The notes under the pieces: generated by a model
Told to the model about the DNA's origin: nothing
The model's database searches: none
Seen by the model: the letters and a program-made list of their open reading frames with translations, nothing else
Shown: in pieces, positions 29,091 through 39,529 of the stretch
Numbering within the stretch: the first letter of the stretch is position 1
Layout: each line of letters opens with the position of its first letter
Program-made: the position numbers and the translations under genes
Origin: Verrucomicrobiaceae bacterium
GTDB taxonomy: Bacteria; Verrucomicrobiota; Verrucomicrobiia; Verrucomicrobiales; Verrucomicrobiaceae
DNA: 64,000 nt
Assembly: GCA_016795485.1 (NCBI GenBank)
Contig: JAEUHM010000030.1
Span: 60,369 to 124,368 of the forward strand
Reading direction: 5' to 3'

Positions 29091-30233
29091 ATGAAGTCTG
29101 GTTTCTTCGACAAGCTTCTCAAGCGGGTAGACCGCCTTGAGCCGGGCGAGATTCAGCATTTTCTAGCGGAACTCCTCCACGAGAAGGGATTGCTTGAGAA
29201 GGTGTTTCAGGCACTCCAGGAAGGCGTTATCCTTTTGGACAATGAGGGAAAGGTAACCTACGTCAATCGTGCAGCCTGCGGGCTATTTGGCTTCGATCTG
29301 GATGCGGTTTTGGGTAAGTCATTGGGAGAAGGGATGCGAGGCATTGACTGGAAAGAGTTACGCAAGCCCGGCACGGTCATTAGTCGCGACCTTGAGATCA
29401 CTTATCCGGAGAATCGCTACCTTAACTTCTACATCACATCCATTGATGACACGCAGGAGCATGGGTTTGTGATGCTGATTCGGGACGTCACTCAAAGTCG
29501 CAAACTAACGCAGGAGAAGATCGAAAGTGAACGCATCAGTGCCTTTACGTTGTTGGCTGCTGGAGTTGCCCACGAGTTGGGCAATCCGCTGAATGGAATC
29601 ACCATTCACCTCCAACTGATGGAGCGGGCATTGAAGAAGATGGGCAAATCTGCAGAGAAAATGCAGAAGCATCTCGATGTGGCGAATGATGAGATCAGGC
29701 GTCTAGATCTCATTATCTCGCAGTTCTTAGCGGCTATTCGGCCCACTCAGCCGCAGCTACAGCGGGTGGATGTGAACGAGTTAATCTCTGAAAGCGCGCG
29801 GTTTTTGACCCCTGAACTCGAGAAGAATCACGTCAGACTGCGCCTTGAGTTACGCTCTGACACGCCGCACATGAACTTGGATGCCACCCAGATGAAACAG
29901 GCATTCTACAATCTGATACGCAATGCCTGCCAGGCCATGCCGGACGGAGGTGAACTTGTCGTAACAACGGCCCACAATGATTTTGAGGTCATTGTGAGCT
30001 TCCAGGATTCTGGAAAAGGCATCTCACCAGAGAACATGGGCAATCTTTTTCAGCCGTTCTTTAGCACACGCAAAACCGGAACGGGCCTTGGGCTGTTGAT
30101 TGTCAGGCGGATCGTGCGTGAGCACGGTGGTGAGATCAGCATCGGTAGCAGGGAAGGTAAAGGCACGAGTATCAGCATCATTTTGCCGCTAGTGGAGAAA
30201 AGAGTCCGTTTGTTAGGAGCTGGAGAAGTTTAG
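29091..30233 (+). CDS. PAS-domain sensor histidine kinase (orphan, no adjacent response regulator).
   Basis: PAS region, H-box HELGNPLNGI, and N, G1 and G2 boxes (GTGLGLLIVRRIVREHGG). I place the start at the first ATG at 29091 to avoid the cutA coding region on the opposite strand. Confidence 0.75.
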   Translation: MKSGFFDKLLKRVDRLEPGEIQHFLAELLHEKGLLEKVFQALQEGVILLDNEGKVTYVNRAACGLFGFDLDAVLGKSLGEGMRGIDWKELRKPGTVISRDLEITYPENRYLNFYITSIDDTQEHGFVMLIRDVTQSRKLTQEKIESERISAFTLLAAGVAHELGNPLNGITIHLQLMERALKKMGKSAEKMQKHLDVANDEIRRLDLIISQFLAAIRPTQPQLQRVDVNELISESARFLTPELEKNHVRLRLELRSDTPHMNLDATQMKQAFYNLIRNACQAMPDGGELVVTTAHNDFEVIVSFQDSGKGISPENMGNLFQPFFSTRKTGTGLGLLIVRRIVREHGGEISIGSREGKGTSISIILPLVEKRVRLLGAGEV

Positions 30234-30314
30234 GCAGCCAAGAAGGGTTATGAAGTGCCTTCCAAACGATTTGTATGTTTTATAATAGCCTTACGAGAGG
30301 TCAGTGCCTAGACT

Positions 30315-30977
30315 TTGGGCATTCTTCTCCCGATGCACGAACTCTTCCAGGAAGCCTTCTCCATTCACAACCTGCCTGTGACAGTGTTGTTGGGTTTGGT
30401 TCTTGGCTATTGGCTTTTGGTGGTGATCGGGTTCATTGATGCAGACGACAGCGGCATTGACATCAATGGCGATGGCCATGCGGACTTTGGCGATCATCAT
30501 TCCGCTGAAGGTGGCTTCTGGTTGTCTGCTGGTAAGTTTCTGCATCTTGGTGTAGTTCCATTCATGATCGTCGTCAGCGTGCTGGCGCTGCTGATGTTCC
30601 TCTTCTCCGTCCTGGCCAACTACTACTTCAATGGCCAGCCGGGAGCCCGAAGCGCAACGGTTGCATTGCTTTGGCTCATCCCCAATTTTCTGGTGAGCGT
30701 GATCATCACCCGCATCGTCATCACGCCCGTAAAGAAGCTGTTTGCTTCGTTTCAGGACCGAATCGAAGCGGAAACCAAGGTCATTGGCAAAGAAGGACTA
30801 GTCGCCTCCATGCAAGTCGACCGCACGTACGGCCAGGTTGAAATCACCACTGACGGTGCGCCTCTCCTTCTCAATGCACGTGTTTCGGAAGGCCACGACG
30901 CCATTCCAAAAGGCACAAGTGTCATTGTTTTCGACATCTCAGAAGATCACTCTCACTACCTCATCCGACCCTTATGA
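30315..30977 (+). CDS. NfeD-like / YqiJ-like membrane protein (flotillin partner) with a C-terminal OB-fold.
   Basis: N-terminal TM helices, C-terminal beta-rich domain. ATGA overlap with the flotillin gene, matching the conserved yqiJ-yqiK-type pairing. Confidence 0.6.
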   Translation: MGILLPMHELFQEAFSIHNLPVTVLLGLVLGYWLLVVIGFIDADDSGIDINGDGHADFGDHHSAEGGFWLSAGKFLHLGVVPFMIVVSVLALLMFLFSVLANYYFNGQPGARSATVALLWLIPNFLVSVIITRIVITPVKKLFASFQDRIEAETKVIGKEGLVASMQVDRTYGQVEITTDGAPLLLNARVSEGHDAIPKGTSVIVFDISEDHSHYLIRPL

Positions 30978-33028
30978 TAGACCAAGCACTACTCTTCACC
31001 ATTGGCGCAGGCATTTTTGTCGTTTTCGCCATCTTCATCATGCTCTCTCGGTTTTTCCGCAAGGTGCAGCAAGGCCAAGCGCTGGTGCGCACTGGGATGC
31101 GGGGAGAAGCCGTCACCTTTTCGGGAATGATGGTCTACCCCATCATCGATCAGGCCGAGTTGATGGACATCTCGGTCAAACGTCTTGAGATTGAGCGCAG
31201 TGGCGCAGAAGGCCTCATATGTAAAGACAACATGCGTGCTGACATTAAGGTGGCGTTCTTCGTTCGTGTGAACAAAACACCACAGGATGTGCTGCGAGTG
31301 GCGCAGTCCGTAGGTTGTCAGCGCGCCTCGAATGTAGACGCCATCCGCACTTTGTTTGACGCCAAGTTTTCAGAAGCACTGAAGACAGTGGGCAAGCAGT
31401 TCGACTTCGTGCAGCTCTATGATGAGCGAAATCGTTTCAAAGACGAAATCCTCAAAGTCATAGGCACGGATTTGAATGGATTCATTCTCGACGACTGCGC
31501 CATCGACTTCCTGGAGCAGACTGCCATCGAGCATCTTGATCCAGACAACATTTTGGATGCAGAGGGCATCAAAAAGATCCACGAACTGACGGCAGAGCAG
31601 GCTAAGCTCTCCAATCAGATCCAGCGCGACAAGGAAAAGGTGATGAAGCAGCAGGACGTGGTCGCTCGGGAGGCGGTGCTTGAGCTTGAGCGCCAGCTTG
31701 CCGAAACCGAAGCCAAGCAGAAGCGAGATGTGGAGTCCGTCAAGGCCCGTGAACAGGCAGAAACCATGAAGGTGCAGGAAGAGGAGCGCCTGAAAGCCGA
31801 GAAAGCACGCATTGCCGCTGAAGAGGAGATCAATGTAGCCACTCAGAACAAGGATCGTCAGATTCTCGTCGCTCAGCGTAACAAAGAGCGCACGGATGCT
31901 GTGGAGGTCGAGCGTGTGACACGTGATCGCGACCTGGAGATCATCGAACGCGAGCGTGTGACCACCTTGAAGGCCATCGAGAAAGAGAAGGCTGTCGAAG
32001 TGGAGAAGAAGAACATTCAGGACGTCATCAAAGATCGCGTCATGTTAGAGAAGACGGTTGTCGTTGAGCAGCAGAAGATGAAAGACACCGAGGCGTTTGC
32101 TACCGCCGACCGGGAGAAGCAGGTGGCACTCACCAACGCGGAGAAACTCGCCCAGGAGCAACTCATTCAAAAGATCAAAGAAGCCGAAGCGGCCAAGGAA
32201 GCAGCCAAACTGCTCGCCGAACAAGAAGCGCTGAAGGCGATCAAAGCTGCAGAGGCTGCAAAACAAGCTGCAGAGCTGCATGCTCAGGAGTTGATGACAC
32301 TCGCAGAGGCTCGCCAGGAAGCATCTTCCAAGGACGCAGCTGCGGAGAAAGCCCTTGCGGAAGCGATTGCGGCCAAGTCTGCCGCCGCAGGACTCGGGGA
32401 AGCCCAGGTGCTGCTGGCCAAGGCGGATGCCGCACGCAAGCAAGGCGAGGCCGAAGCCGAAGTCACTCGTTTGAAGCTCGCCGCCGATGCGGAAGGCATC
32501 ACCAAGAAAGCCGAGGCAATGAAGCTTCTGGAAAACGCCGGTCGTGAACATGAGGAGTTCAAGCTCAACCTGGAGAAGCAGAAGGCAGTGGAACTCGCCC
32601 AGATACACATTCAGAAAGACATCGCTGCCGCCCAGGCCGGTGTGCTGGGAGAGGCCATGAAGAGCGCCAAGATCGAGATTGTGGGTGGCGAAAGCCAGTT
32701 CTTCGACAAGATCACCAATGCGATTGGCAATGGTCGCGCCATCGACCGGATGGTGGAAGGCAGCCGCACGCTGACCGACGTGAAGGAGACATTCTTCAAT
32801 GGCGATCCTGAGTATTTCAAAGCTCAGCTGAAGGGCCTTGTGGATCAGTTTGGCCTCACTGCTGAGGACACAAAGAACCTGACGATCAGCGCTCTGCTCA
32901 TCAAGCTACTAGGCCTTAATGCCGACAGCGGTACACAAAGCAAGCTGACTGGAATGCTGGGCGCGATGGCGCGCTTTGGATTGGCCGAAGAAGCTGCAAG
33001 CGCTGTGTTGGGCGGGAAGAGGAAGTGA
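30974..33028 (+). CDS. Flotillin-like SPFH/band-7 protein (YqiK/FloT family) with a long Ala/Glu/Lys-rich coiled-coil tail.
   Basis: N-terminal TM, SPFH domain, extended EA-repeat coiled coil. Confidence 0.8.
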   Translation: MIDQALLFTIGAGIFVVFAIFIMLSRFFRKVQQGQALVRTGMRGEAVTFSGMMVYPIIDQAELMDISVKRLEIERSGAEGLICKDNMRADIKVAFFVRVNKTPQDVLRVAQSVGCQRASNVDAIRTLFDAKFSEALKTVGKQFDFVQLYDERNRFKDEILKVIGTDLNGFILDDCAIDFLEQTAIEHLDPDNILDAEGIKKIHELTAEQAKLSNQIQRDKEKVMKQQDVVAREAVLELERQLAETEAKQKRDVESVKAREQAETMKVQEEERLKAEKARIAAEEEINVATQNKDRQILVAQRNKERTDAVEVERVTRDRDLEIIERERVTTLKAIEKEKAVEVEKKNIQDVIKDRVMLEKTVVVEQQKMKDTEAFATADREKQVALTNAEKLAQEQLIQKIKEAEAAKEAAKLLAEQEALKAIKAAEAAKQAAELHAQELMTLAEARQEASSKDAAAEKALAEAIAAKSAAAGLGEAQVLLAKADAARKQGEAEAEVTRLKLAADAEGITKKAEAMKLLENAGREHEEFKLNLEKQKAVELAQIHIQKDIAAAQAGVLGEAMKSAKIEIVGGESQFFDKITNAIGNGRAIDRMVEGSRTLTDVKETFFNGDPEYFKAQLKGLVDQFGLTAEDTKNLTISALLIKLLGLNADSGTQSKLTGMLGAMARFGLAEEAASAVLGGKRK

Positions 33029-33054
33029 TGTTGAACCGCTAGTGGTTTAAGATC

Positions 33055-36000
33055 ATGTCCCAACCCGACTCCAAGCTCGAAGCTGGTGCCTACGAGGTCA
33101 TCCGGCAGCGTTTGTCGAAACACGCTGCCGAGTTGTCCACGCGATTGGAGCGTCTAAACACCGAACGTAAGGCGATCTTTGGCGGTATTGATCTGGCGCT
33201 GATCTCTACGTCTAGACTGACGACAGAGAACAACTGCGTGCCTCGCGACATGGTCGCGATCGGACCGTCACGTTTCTTGTTTGGCTACAACGTTCATCTT
33301 GGGCTCCGGTCCACGATGCGGATTGAGGATGTGTTCGCTGTGTATGACTATCAGAACAGCGATCACAGCTTCCATCATCACAAAAATGGACTGCTGGATG
33401 ATCCGGCGTTCGCGGAGGACTTTGCTTACATCTACAAGTTCTACAAGAACGCCTCATTCCTGAAGTTCCATCGCTTGGGGCCACACCTTTACATGGTGAT
33501 GCAGGCCGGTCGTGATGTATCCGAGGTGAAGACCTTTAAATGGCTGGTCAACGATGATGCCGGCACGCTGAAGTATCTGGGTAACCGCTTTGATCACGAG
33601 TTCGTCTTTCCGCCGCAGCATGAGCTCGAGTGGAAGCGTGCAAGACGCGAAATGTACCGTGAAGGTGAGCATTCGCATGTTAGCATTGATGATCGTGTCT
33701 TCGTAGAGACCATCGGTGGTGACCTCACGGTCAAAGTGGAAAACAACACAGACAGCGGCAAAGGCATCTACTCTGAGCCAGTGGAAAACAGAGATCAGAC
33801 TCTGGACGATGCCGAGTTTTGGTATGCAATCGCTGGAAGCCTCGTTCTCCTCCGCGTTCTACCTTATCAGGAAAAACAGTATCGCCATTTGCTCTTCAAT
33901 GAGCGCACTCAGGAAGTGCATCGGATTGATTCGCTCGGAGAGGCATGTCTTCTGCTGCCGGATGATCACGGCGTGCTATTCACGGATGGCTACGCTCTGC
34001 AAACTGGTGCCGTGAAGCGCTTGCCTACGGAGCGAAAGGGCATGAAGTTTGAGCGCCGGATTAGCTCGGCGAACGGCGAGGATACGCTGTTTGTCTTCCA
34101 CAATGTTGAGCAGGGCGAGTATCAGTTGCTTCACTACAACTTGATCGCTCAGGACCTTAGCACGCCGATGTTCGCGCATGGCTACAGCCTCTTTGCGAAC
34201 GGCGAGATGCTGCTGGTGAATGGAGATCCTGAACCGCGCAAGCACCACGTGGTGCAGTCATGGCGAACACCCATCGTCACGGAGAGCGTGGCAAATGAGG
34301 CGCACTCGAAGAGCTTCCTGGCTCAGATTGGCAATGCAGACCTCGTTCGCGCCATGGCGGAGTGCCGTGGAGTCCTCACTCTACTGGGCAAGGAGGACAG
34401 TTTCTCCGGCCTTTATGTCGATCTCGCACGGCGCACTACCGACATCGCGGATGCCTACTTCTGGATTGACCGGGAGGAGGCACATCGCATCAAGGAAGTG
34501 CTGCTAGAGATCAAGGGAGCCGCAGAGTCAGCCTTGGCCGAGTTTGAAAAAGTGCGCGCCATGCGCCGATCTGCTGCCGCGCAAACGGAGCAACTGAAAG
34601 CCAAGGTCGATGCGGCGATCAGCATGGCCCGGAGCACTCAGCCAGATGATATTCTAGGCTACGTGAAGCAACTGACGACTCTGAGAGAGTTGCGTGGTCA
34701 GGCGATTGCACTCAAGGACGTGCGCTATGTGGATCTCGATGCCGCAGGTGTCATGGACAAGACACTGTCCGAGACAGCAGACAAGGTCAGCGAGCAATGC
34801 ATCACGTTTCTGCTCAAACCGGAAGCACTTGAGCCTTACAAAGCACAGATTGGTGCGCAAAAGGCAAGGATTGGGTCTATTGGCAAGGTAACGGATGCTG
34901 ACGAACTGGCGTCAGAACTGGACAAGGCTGCGGGAGAGTTGGAGATGCTCACCAGCGTGGTCAGTGGACTGAAGATCAAGGACGCCACAGAGACCACGCG
35001 GATCGTTGAGAGCATCTCGGAGCTGTATGCCCAGCTCAACCAAGTCCGCTCGCTAGTGCGCAACAAACGGAGTGAGCTCGCACGCCAGGAAGGGGCTGCA
35101 GAGTTTCAGGCGCAGATGAGCCTCCTCAGCCAGAGCGTGCTGAACTACCTTGAGGCCTGCACATCACCGGAGAAGTGTGACGAAGCACTCACCCGCGTGA
35201 TGGTTCAGGTGGAAGAAGTAGAGGGCAAGTTCTCTGACTTCGATGAGTTCGTGTCGGAGATCGCCAACAAGCGCGAGGAGATCTATTCTGCTTTCCAAGG
35301 CAAGCGCACCAGCCTTGTGGAGGCACGTAACAAGCGCTGTGCCGCTCTGGGACAGAGCGCCGAGCGCATACTGTCCGGGCTGAGAAACAAAGCGGCTGGA
35401 TTTGCCAAGACCGAAGAGGTGCATGCTTATCTCGCCAGCGATGTCATGGCGGCCAAACTGCGTGATCTCATCGAAGAACTGCGTGGTTTGGGTGATGGCG
35501 TTCGCGCGGATGAACTCACCACTCGTCTCAAGACGTTGCGCGAAGACGCACTGAAGCAGATTCGTGACAAAGCAGAGTTGTTTGCCGATGGCGGTGACCT
35601 CATTCAGTTCGGTCGGCACAAGTTTACCGTCAATCGCCAGCCGCTGGAGCTTACTATGCTACTGCGTGATGGTGCTCTGTGGTTTCATCTGAGCGGGACC
35701 AGATACTTTGAGAAGGTCGAAAGCGCAGAACTGGAGCCGCTCAAGGCAGTGTGGGAGCAGAACGTCATCTCCGAGGATGCGAGCGTCTATCGCGCGGAGT
35801 ATTTGGCGTGGAAGTTTCTTCAAGCACACCCGGATAAACAACAGGTTGCGGTGGAAGAGGTCCGGGCGTTCATGCATGAGCGTTACCACGAGGGATATAC
35901 CAAGGGTGTGCATGATGCCGATGGTGCACTGATCTTAAATGCACTGCTCCCTATGCATCACAGCCTGGGATTGCTGCGGCATTCCTCCATGGCACGGGCT

Positions 36001-37974
36001 GAAGCGCTCGTGTTCTGGAAAGGCTGGGCGGACGGACCTGATAAAGTGGCCTTTGCGGCACGGATGCGGGCACGCGGGAAGATGAAGAGTGCGTTCGGTA
36101 CGGGGGTAGACGGTGTTCTGCCTTCACTTCCGGGAAACATTGCCACTGCGGCTTTGCGCTGTCTGTGTGATGAGTTGATGGCGTCCGCCACACTGCCGCA
36201 CACGCGTTCTGCGGCGGCCGTGGAGCTCGTGAAAGCATTCAAGAAGACGCTGGTCACGAAACGCAGCACTGCTGACTTCAATGAAGTTCTCTCTGCCCTC
36301 GCCGATCAGCCGCAGACCCAGTTTGAGATCGCTTATGAGTGGATCAAGGCCGCTCACCCTGAGGCGGAAGACAGTTTGGCACAAGAAGCCGCCGCTTTGT
36401 TGCTCTACGATGATGCAGGGGCGGGAGTCGCTTCCACATCGAAGACAGAGCTTGCTGGATTGACTGGAAGTCACTCACGAATCACGAACGGCATGTTGCC
36501 GCTCGACTACCACGAGTTCACGGAACGGCTCAGTCGCTATGAGAGCACGACAGCGGCTGCATTTGACCGCTTCAGCGCGTTGAAGCATGAACTCATCACG
36601 AAGAAACGAAACGCGCTTCGGCTTGAGCAGTTCAAGGCCGGAGTTTTGAGTTCATTTGTCCGCAACCGGCTGCTTGATCAAGTCTATCTGCCCATCATCG
36701 GTGCCAACCTGGCTAAGCAAATCGGCGCGGCGGGTGCTGATACGCGGACGGATCGCATGGGCTTGTTGCTGCTCATTTCACCACCCGGCTACGGCAAGAC
36801 CACATTGATGGAGTATGTGGCCAATCGCCTGGGAATCACCATGGTGAAGGTCAACGGACCTGCACTCGGTCATCAAGTGACGTCGTTGGATCCCGCCGAG
36901 GCTCCAAACGCCAGCGCGCGTGAAGAAGTGGAGAAACTGAATCTCGCTTTCGAGATGGGTGACAACGTGATGATCTATCTGGACGACATCCAGCATACCC
37001 ATCCAGAGTTTTTGCAGAAGTTCATCCCGTTGTGCGATGGCACGCGCAAAATTGAAGGCGTGTTCAAAGGACAGGCGCGGACGTATGATTTGCGAGGTCG
37101 AAAAGTTGCTGTGGTGATGGCCGGCAACCCCTACACCGAAATCGGTGGACGTTTCCAGGTGCCGGACATGCTGGCCAACCGCGCGGACACTTACAATCTC
37201 GGCGAGATCCTCGGTGGTCACCAGGAGGCGTTCAAAGACAGCTACATTGAGAACACCATGACCAGCAACCCTGTGCTGGCCCGCATTGCAGCCCGCAGTC
37301 ATGCGGATGCACTCAGTGTGCTGAAGATCGCCCAGACCGGCAGCCGAGAAGGCATTGAATATGAGGGCAACTACAGTGCAGAGGAAATCAACGATGCGGC
37401 GGAAGTCATGAAGCGCCTGCTGCAAGTCAGGGAGACCATTCTGCGAGTGAACGAGGAGTACATTCGCTCAGCGGCCCAAGAGGACGCCTATCGCACAGAA
37501 CCTCCGTTCAAACTGCAAGGCAGCTATCGGAACATGAACAAGATCGCGGAGAAGATTCAGCCGATCATGACCGAGGCTGAGGTGCAGCAACTCATCACCG
37601 ATCACTATCGCAGCGAATCCCAAACGCTTAGCAAGGCCGCTGAGGCCAACTTGCTCAAGTGGCGCGAGATCACAGGCCAACTCGACGAAGCCGGGGATGC
37701 CCGATGGAAGGAGATCCGGCGCACTTTTGGTCGGAACCTGCTTTTGGGTTCATCTGACGATCCGGTTGGCAAGATTAGCGGCCAGCTCAGTGCCCTGGTG
37801 GAAGCCGTGTCTAAGCCCACCCTCAGTGAGCAGACGGTGGAGCATCTGAAAAAGATCATCGAAGGCCTGCGAGCTGTGCCTGTGAACGTGGACATCAACG
37901 TGCTACCCGTAGAGCGAAGGGACGACGATGATGTGCCAGTGAGAACTGACACGACAGTTCGTCAGGATATTTGA
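33055..37974 (+). CDS. Giant (1639 aa) uncharacterised protein with a C-terminal AAA+ ATPase module (RuvB/Lon-like) and a long coiled-coil-rich N-terminal region.
   Basis: Walker A LLLISPPGYGKTTLMEYVANRLGITMVKVNGPAL at about nt 36780. Walker-B-like MIYLDDIQH. Sensor-1-like VAVVMAGNP. No N-terminal P-loop, which argues against SMC/RecN. Starts 27 nt after the flotillin gene. Confidence 0.6.
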   Translation: MSQPDSKLEAGAYEVIRQRLSKHAAELSTRLERLNTERKAIFGGIDLALISTSRLTTENNCVPRDMVAIGPSRFLFGYNVHLGLRSTMRIEDVFAVYDYQNSDHSFHHHKNGLLDDPAFAEDFAYIYKFYKNASFLKFHRLGPHLYMVMQAGRDVSEVKTFKWLVNDDAGTLKYLGNRFDHEFVFPPQHELEWKRARREMYREGEHSHVSIDDRVFVETIGGDLTVKVENNTDSGKGIYSEPVENRDQTLDDAEFWYAIAGSLVLLRVLPYQEKQYRHLLFNERTQEVHRIDSLGEACLLLPDDHGVLFTDGYALQTGAVKRLPTERKGMKFERRISSANGEDTLFVFHNVEQGEYQLLHYNLIAQDLSTPMFAHGYSLFANGEMLLVNGDPEPRKHHVVQSWRTPIVTESVANEAHSKSFLAQIGNADLVRAMAECRGVLTLLGKEDSFSGLYVDLARRTTDIADAYFWIDREEAHRIKEVLLEIKGAAESALAEFEKVRAMRRSAAAQTEQLKAKVDAAISMARSTQPDDILGYVKQLTTLRELRGQAIALKDVRYVDLDAAGVMDKTLSETADKVSEQCITFLLKPEALEPYKAQIGAQKARIGSIGKVTDADELASELDKAAGELEMLTSVVSGLKIKDATETTRIVESISELYAQLNQVRSLVRNKRSELARQEGAAEFQAQMSLLSQSVLNYLEACTSPEKCDEALTRVMVQVEEVEGKFSDFDEFVSEIANKREEIYSAFQGKRTSLVEARNKRCAALGQSAERILSGLRNKAAGFAKTEEVHAYLASDVMAAKLRDLIEELRGLGDGVRADELTTRLKTLREDALKQIRDKAELFADGGDLIQFGRHKFTVNRQPLELTMLLRDGALWFHLSGTRYFEKVESAELEPLKAVWEQNVISEDASVYRAEYLAWKFLQAHPDKQQVAVEEVRAFMHERYHEGYTKGVHDADGALILNALLPMHHSLGLLRHSSMARAEALVFWKGWADGPDKVAFAARMRARGKMKSAFGTGVDGVLPSLPGNIATAALRCLCDELMASATLPHTRSAAAVELVKAFKKTLVTKRSTADFNEVLSALADQPQTQFEIAYEWIKAAHPEAEDSLAQEAAALLLYDDAGAGVASTSKTELAGLTGSHSRITNGMLPLDYHEFTERLSRYESTTAAAFDRFSALKHELITKKRNALRLEQFKAGVLSSFVRNRLLDQVYLPIIGANLAKQIGAAGADTRTDRMGLLLLISPPGYGKTTLMEYVANRLGITMVKVNGPALGHQVTSLDPAEAPNASAREEVEKLNLAFEMGDNVMIYLDDIQHTHPEFLQKFIPLCDGTRKIEGVFKGQARTYDLRGRKVAVVMAGNPYTEIGGRFQVPDMLANRADTYNLGEILGGHQEAFKDSYIENTMTSNPVLARIAARSHADALSVLKIAQTGSREGIEYEGNYSAEEINDAAEVMKRLLQVRETILRVNEEYIRSAAQEDAYRTEPPFKLQGSYRNMNKIAEKIQPIMTEAEVQQLITDHYRSESQTLSKAAEANLLKWREITGQLDEAGDARWKEIRRTFGRNLLLGSSDDPVGKISGQLSALVEAVSKPTLSEQTVEHLKKIIEGLRAVPVNVDINVLPVERRDDDDVPVRTDTTVRQDI

Positions 37975-38037
37975 CATTCCTCAACGAGAAGATAACTCAC
38001 CTTTGCCCATTTCGGAGGTCGAAACCCGGGCGATTGA

Positions 38038-39447
38038 ATGAGTGCGATGTTGATTGTCCTACTCGTGTTGGTGGTTGCCGCCAGCATTGGCCTCGTTGTC
38101 TCTGTGCGACTAAACAAGGTGCGCGGTCGTGACCTGAGAGGACTCCAGGAGGAGCAGGAGGACATCGTTGGCACCGAGCGCCGCATGTTCGGCTATCTGC
38201 ACGACTTGAGCGTTGCCATTGCGGGAGAACAGCGAGAGGCCACTTTGTATCGGCTGATCGTCGAGGGAGCTGTGAAAGTGACCGCCAGTGCTGGCGGTGC
38301 GTTTTATGTGTTTGATGAAGCTGCAAATGCGATGGTTCCCCGTCATGTTTCTTCAGACTGCACACCGCTGATCACACTGCCAGGCTCTGCTTCGACTCAA
38401 CAGCCAGGTGGGCTTTTGAGTCAGTTGAGATTGCAGCGTGTCTCCGCAGATGATTCGATGCTGGGCGATGTGCTTGCGGATCAGACGGCGAGGATGGTAA
38501 AGAATCTGCCTGGGTATTCAGGTCATACCGCATTGGTGGGCCCAGTCACGTCTGGGAAGAAACGGCTGGGCGTGCTCGCAGTGACCCTCCCGCCTGGAGA
38601 GCAGCAATACGACGCCAATGACATGGAAATCTTTAGCGCTCTTGCTGAGCAGAGCGCTTTCGCTCTGGCGAGTGCTGCGGCTCACGTCGAGATGGCGCAG
38701 AAGCGAAAGCTGGAACAGGAGCTCAGCTATGCGAGCGAGGTGCAGCGCGTGCTGCTTCCAGACTCTCAGCCTAAGTTGAATGGCTTCTCGATCTTTGGCA
38801 GAAACCGTGCTGCAAAGATCCTCAGCGGCGACTTCTTTGATTACGTGGTGCCAGACCCTAATCGATTTGGCGTGATCATCGCCGATGTCTCCGGCAAGGG
38901 CTTCCCCGCAGCATTGATCGCGGCGACTTGCCGTAGCTCCGTGCGCGCGCACGCCATTGCCCAATCCTCGCCATCCTCAGTGCTTAGTGCGGTGAATCGG
39001 CAAATCTTCGACGACATCAATGAGGACATGTTCGTGAGCGCGATCTACCTGATTTTGGAGGAGGGTGGCGATATGATCCGACTGGCGAGAGCGGGTCACC
39101 CCAATCCTTTCCTTTGGAGGAAAGCCACTGGGGAGGTGGAAGAAATCACTGCTGGGGGATTGGGGCTCGGGATTGACGAAGGCGAGGTGTTTGATCGTGT
39201 GAGCAAAGATGCCGTGATCCAACTTCAGCCGGGAGACTGCCTTTTGACTTACACGGACGGCGTCACCGAAGCTGAAAACGCGGAGGGTGAGGAGTTTGGA
39301 GAGGACCGGCTCCGGCAGATGTTGGCCAAGCTAGCTGGAGATGGCCCTGCAACTCTGGTGAACGCTATAGTTGCTGCTGTCGACGAGTTCTGCGGCAGGA
39401 TTTCCCCGGCCGATGACATCACGCTGGTAGCTATCCAGCGCCAGTGA
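38038..39447 (+). CDS. Membrane-anchored GAF-domain PP2C/SpoIIE-type serine phosphatase (RsbU-like).
   Basis: N-terminal TM, central GAF-like region, and C-terminal PPM motifs (GDFFDY, IADVSGKG, TDGVTEAEN). Confidence 0.75.
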   Translation: MSAMLIVLLVLVVAASIGLVVSVRLNKVRGRDLRGLQEEQEDIVGTERRMFGYLHDLSVAIAGEQREATLYRLIVEGAVKVTASAGGAFYVFDEAANAMVPRHVSSDCTPLITLPGSASTQQPGGLLSQLRLQRVSADDSMLGDVLADQTARMVKNLPGYSGHTALVGPVTSGKKRLGVLAVTLPPGEQQYDANDMEIFSALAEQSAFALASAAAHVEMAQKRKLEQELSYASEVQRVLLPDSQPKLNGFSIFGRNRAAKILSGDFFDYVVPDPNRFGVIIADVSGKGFPAALIAATCRSSVRAHAIAQSSPSSVLSAVNRQIFDDINEDMFVSAIYLILEEGGDMIRLARAGHPNPFLWRKATGEVEEITAGGLGLGIDEGEVFDRVSKDAVIQLQPGDCLLTYTDGVTEAENAEGEEFGEDRLRQMLAKLAGDGPATLVNAIVAAVDEFCGRISPADDITLVAIQRQ

Positions 39448-39529
39448 GGAAAAATGTGGCGAGACAGCCCTGGAAAAGGCGCTAACATGCCTCAAACCGT
39501 TTCAACCACACGACTCCTCTCCGTCTCCA

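Noticed and set aside
32045-32820. Antisense ORFs inside the flotillin gene (32045-32608-, 32284-32610-, 32611-32820-)
   Set aside because: They arise from the low-complexity Ala/Glu/Lys-encoding coiled-coil region. The flotillin frame has the coherent domain structure.
36778-37425. 215-aa antisense ORF within the AAA+ region of the giant gene
   Set aside because: The sense frame carries Walker A/B motifs. The antisense translation is featureless.
33055-37974. SMC/RecN/Rad50-like identity for the 1639-aa coiled-coil protein
   Set aside because: There is no N-terminal Walker A head. The only P-loop is a classical AAA+ module near the C-terminus.
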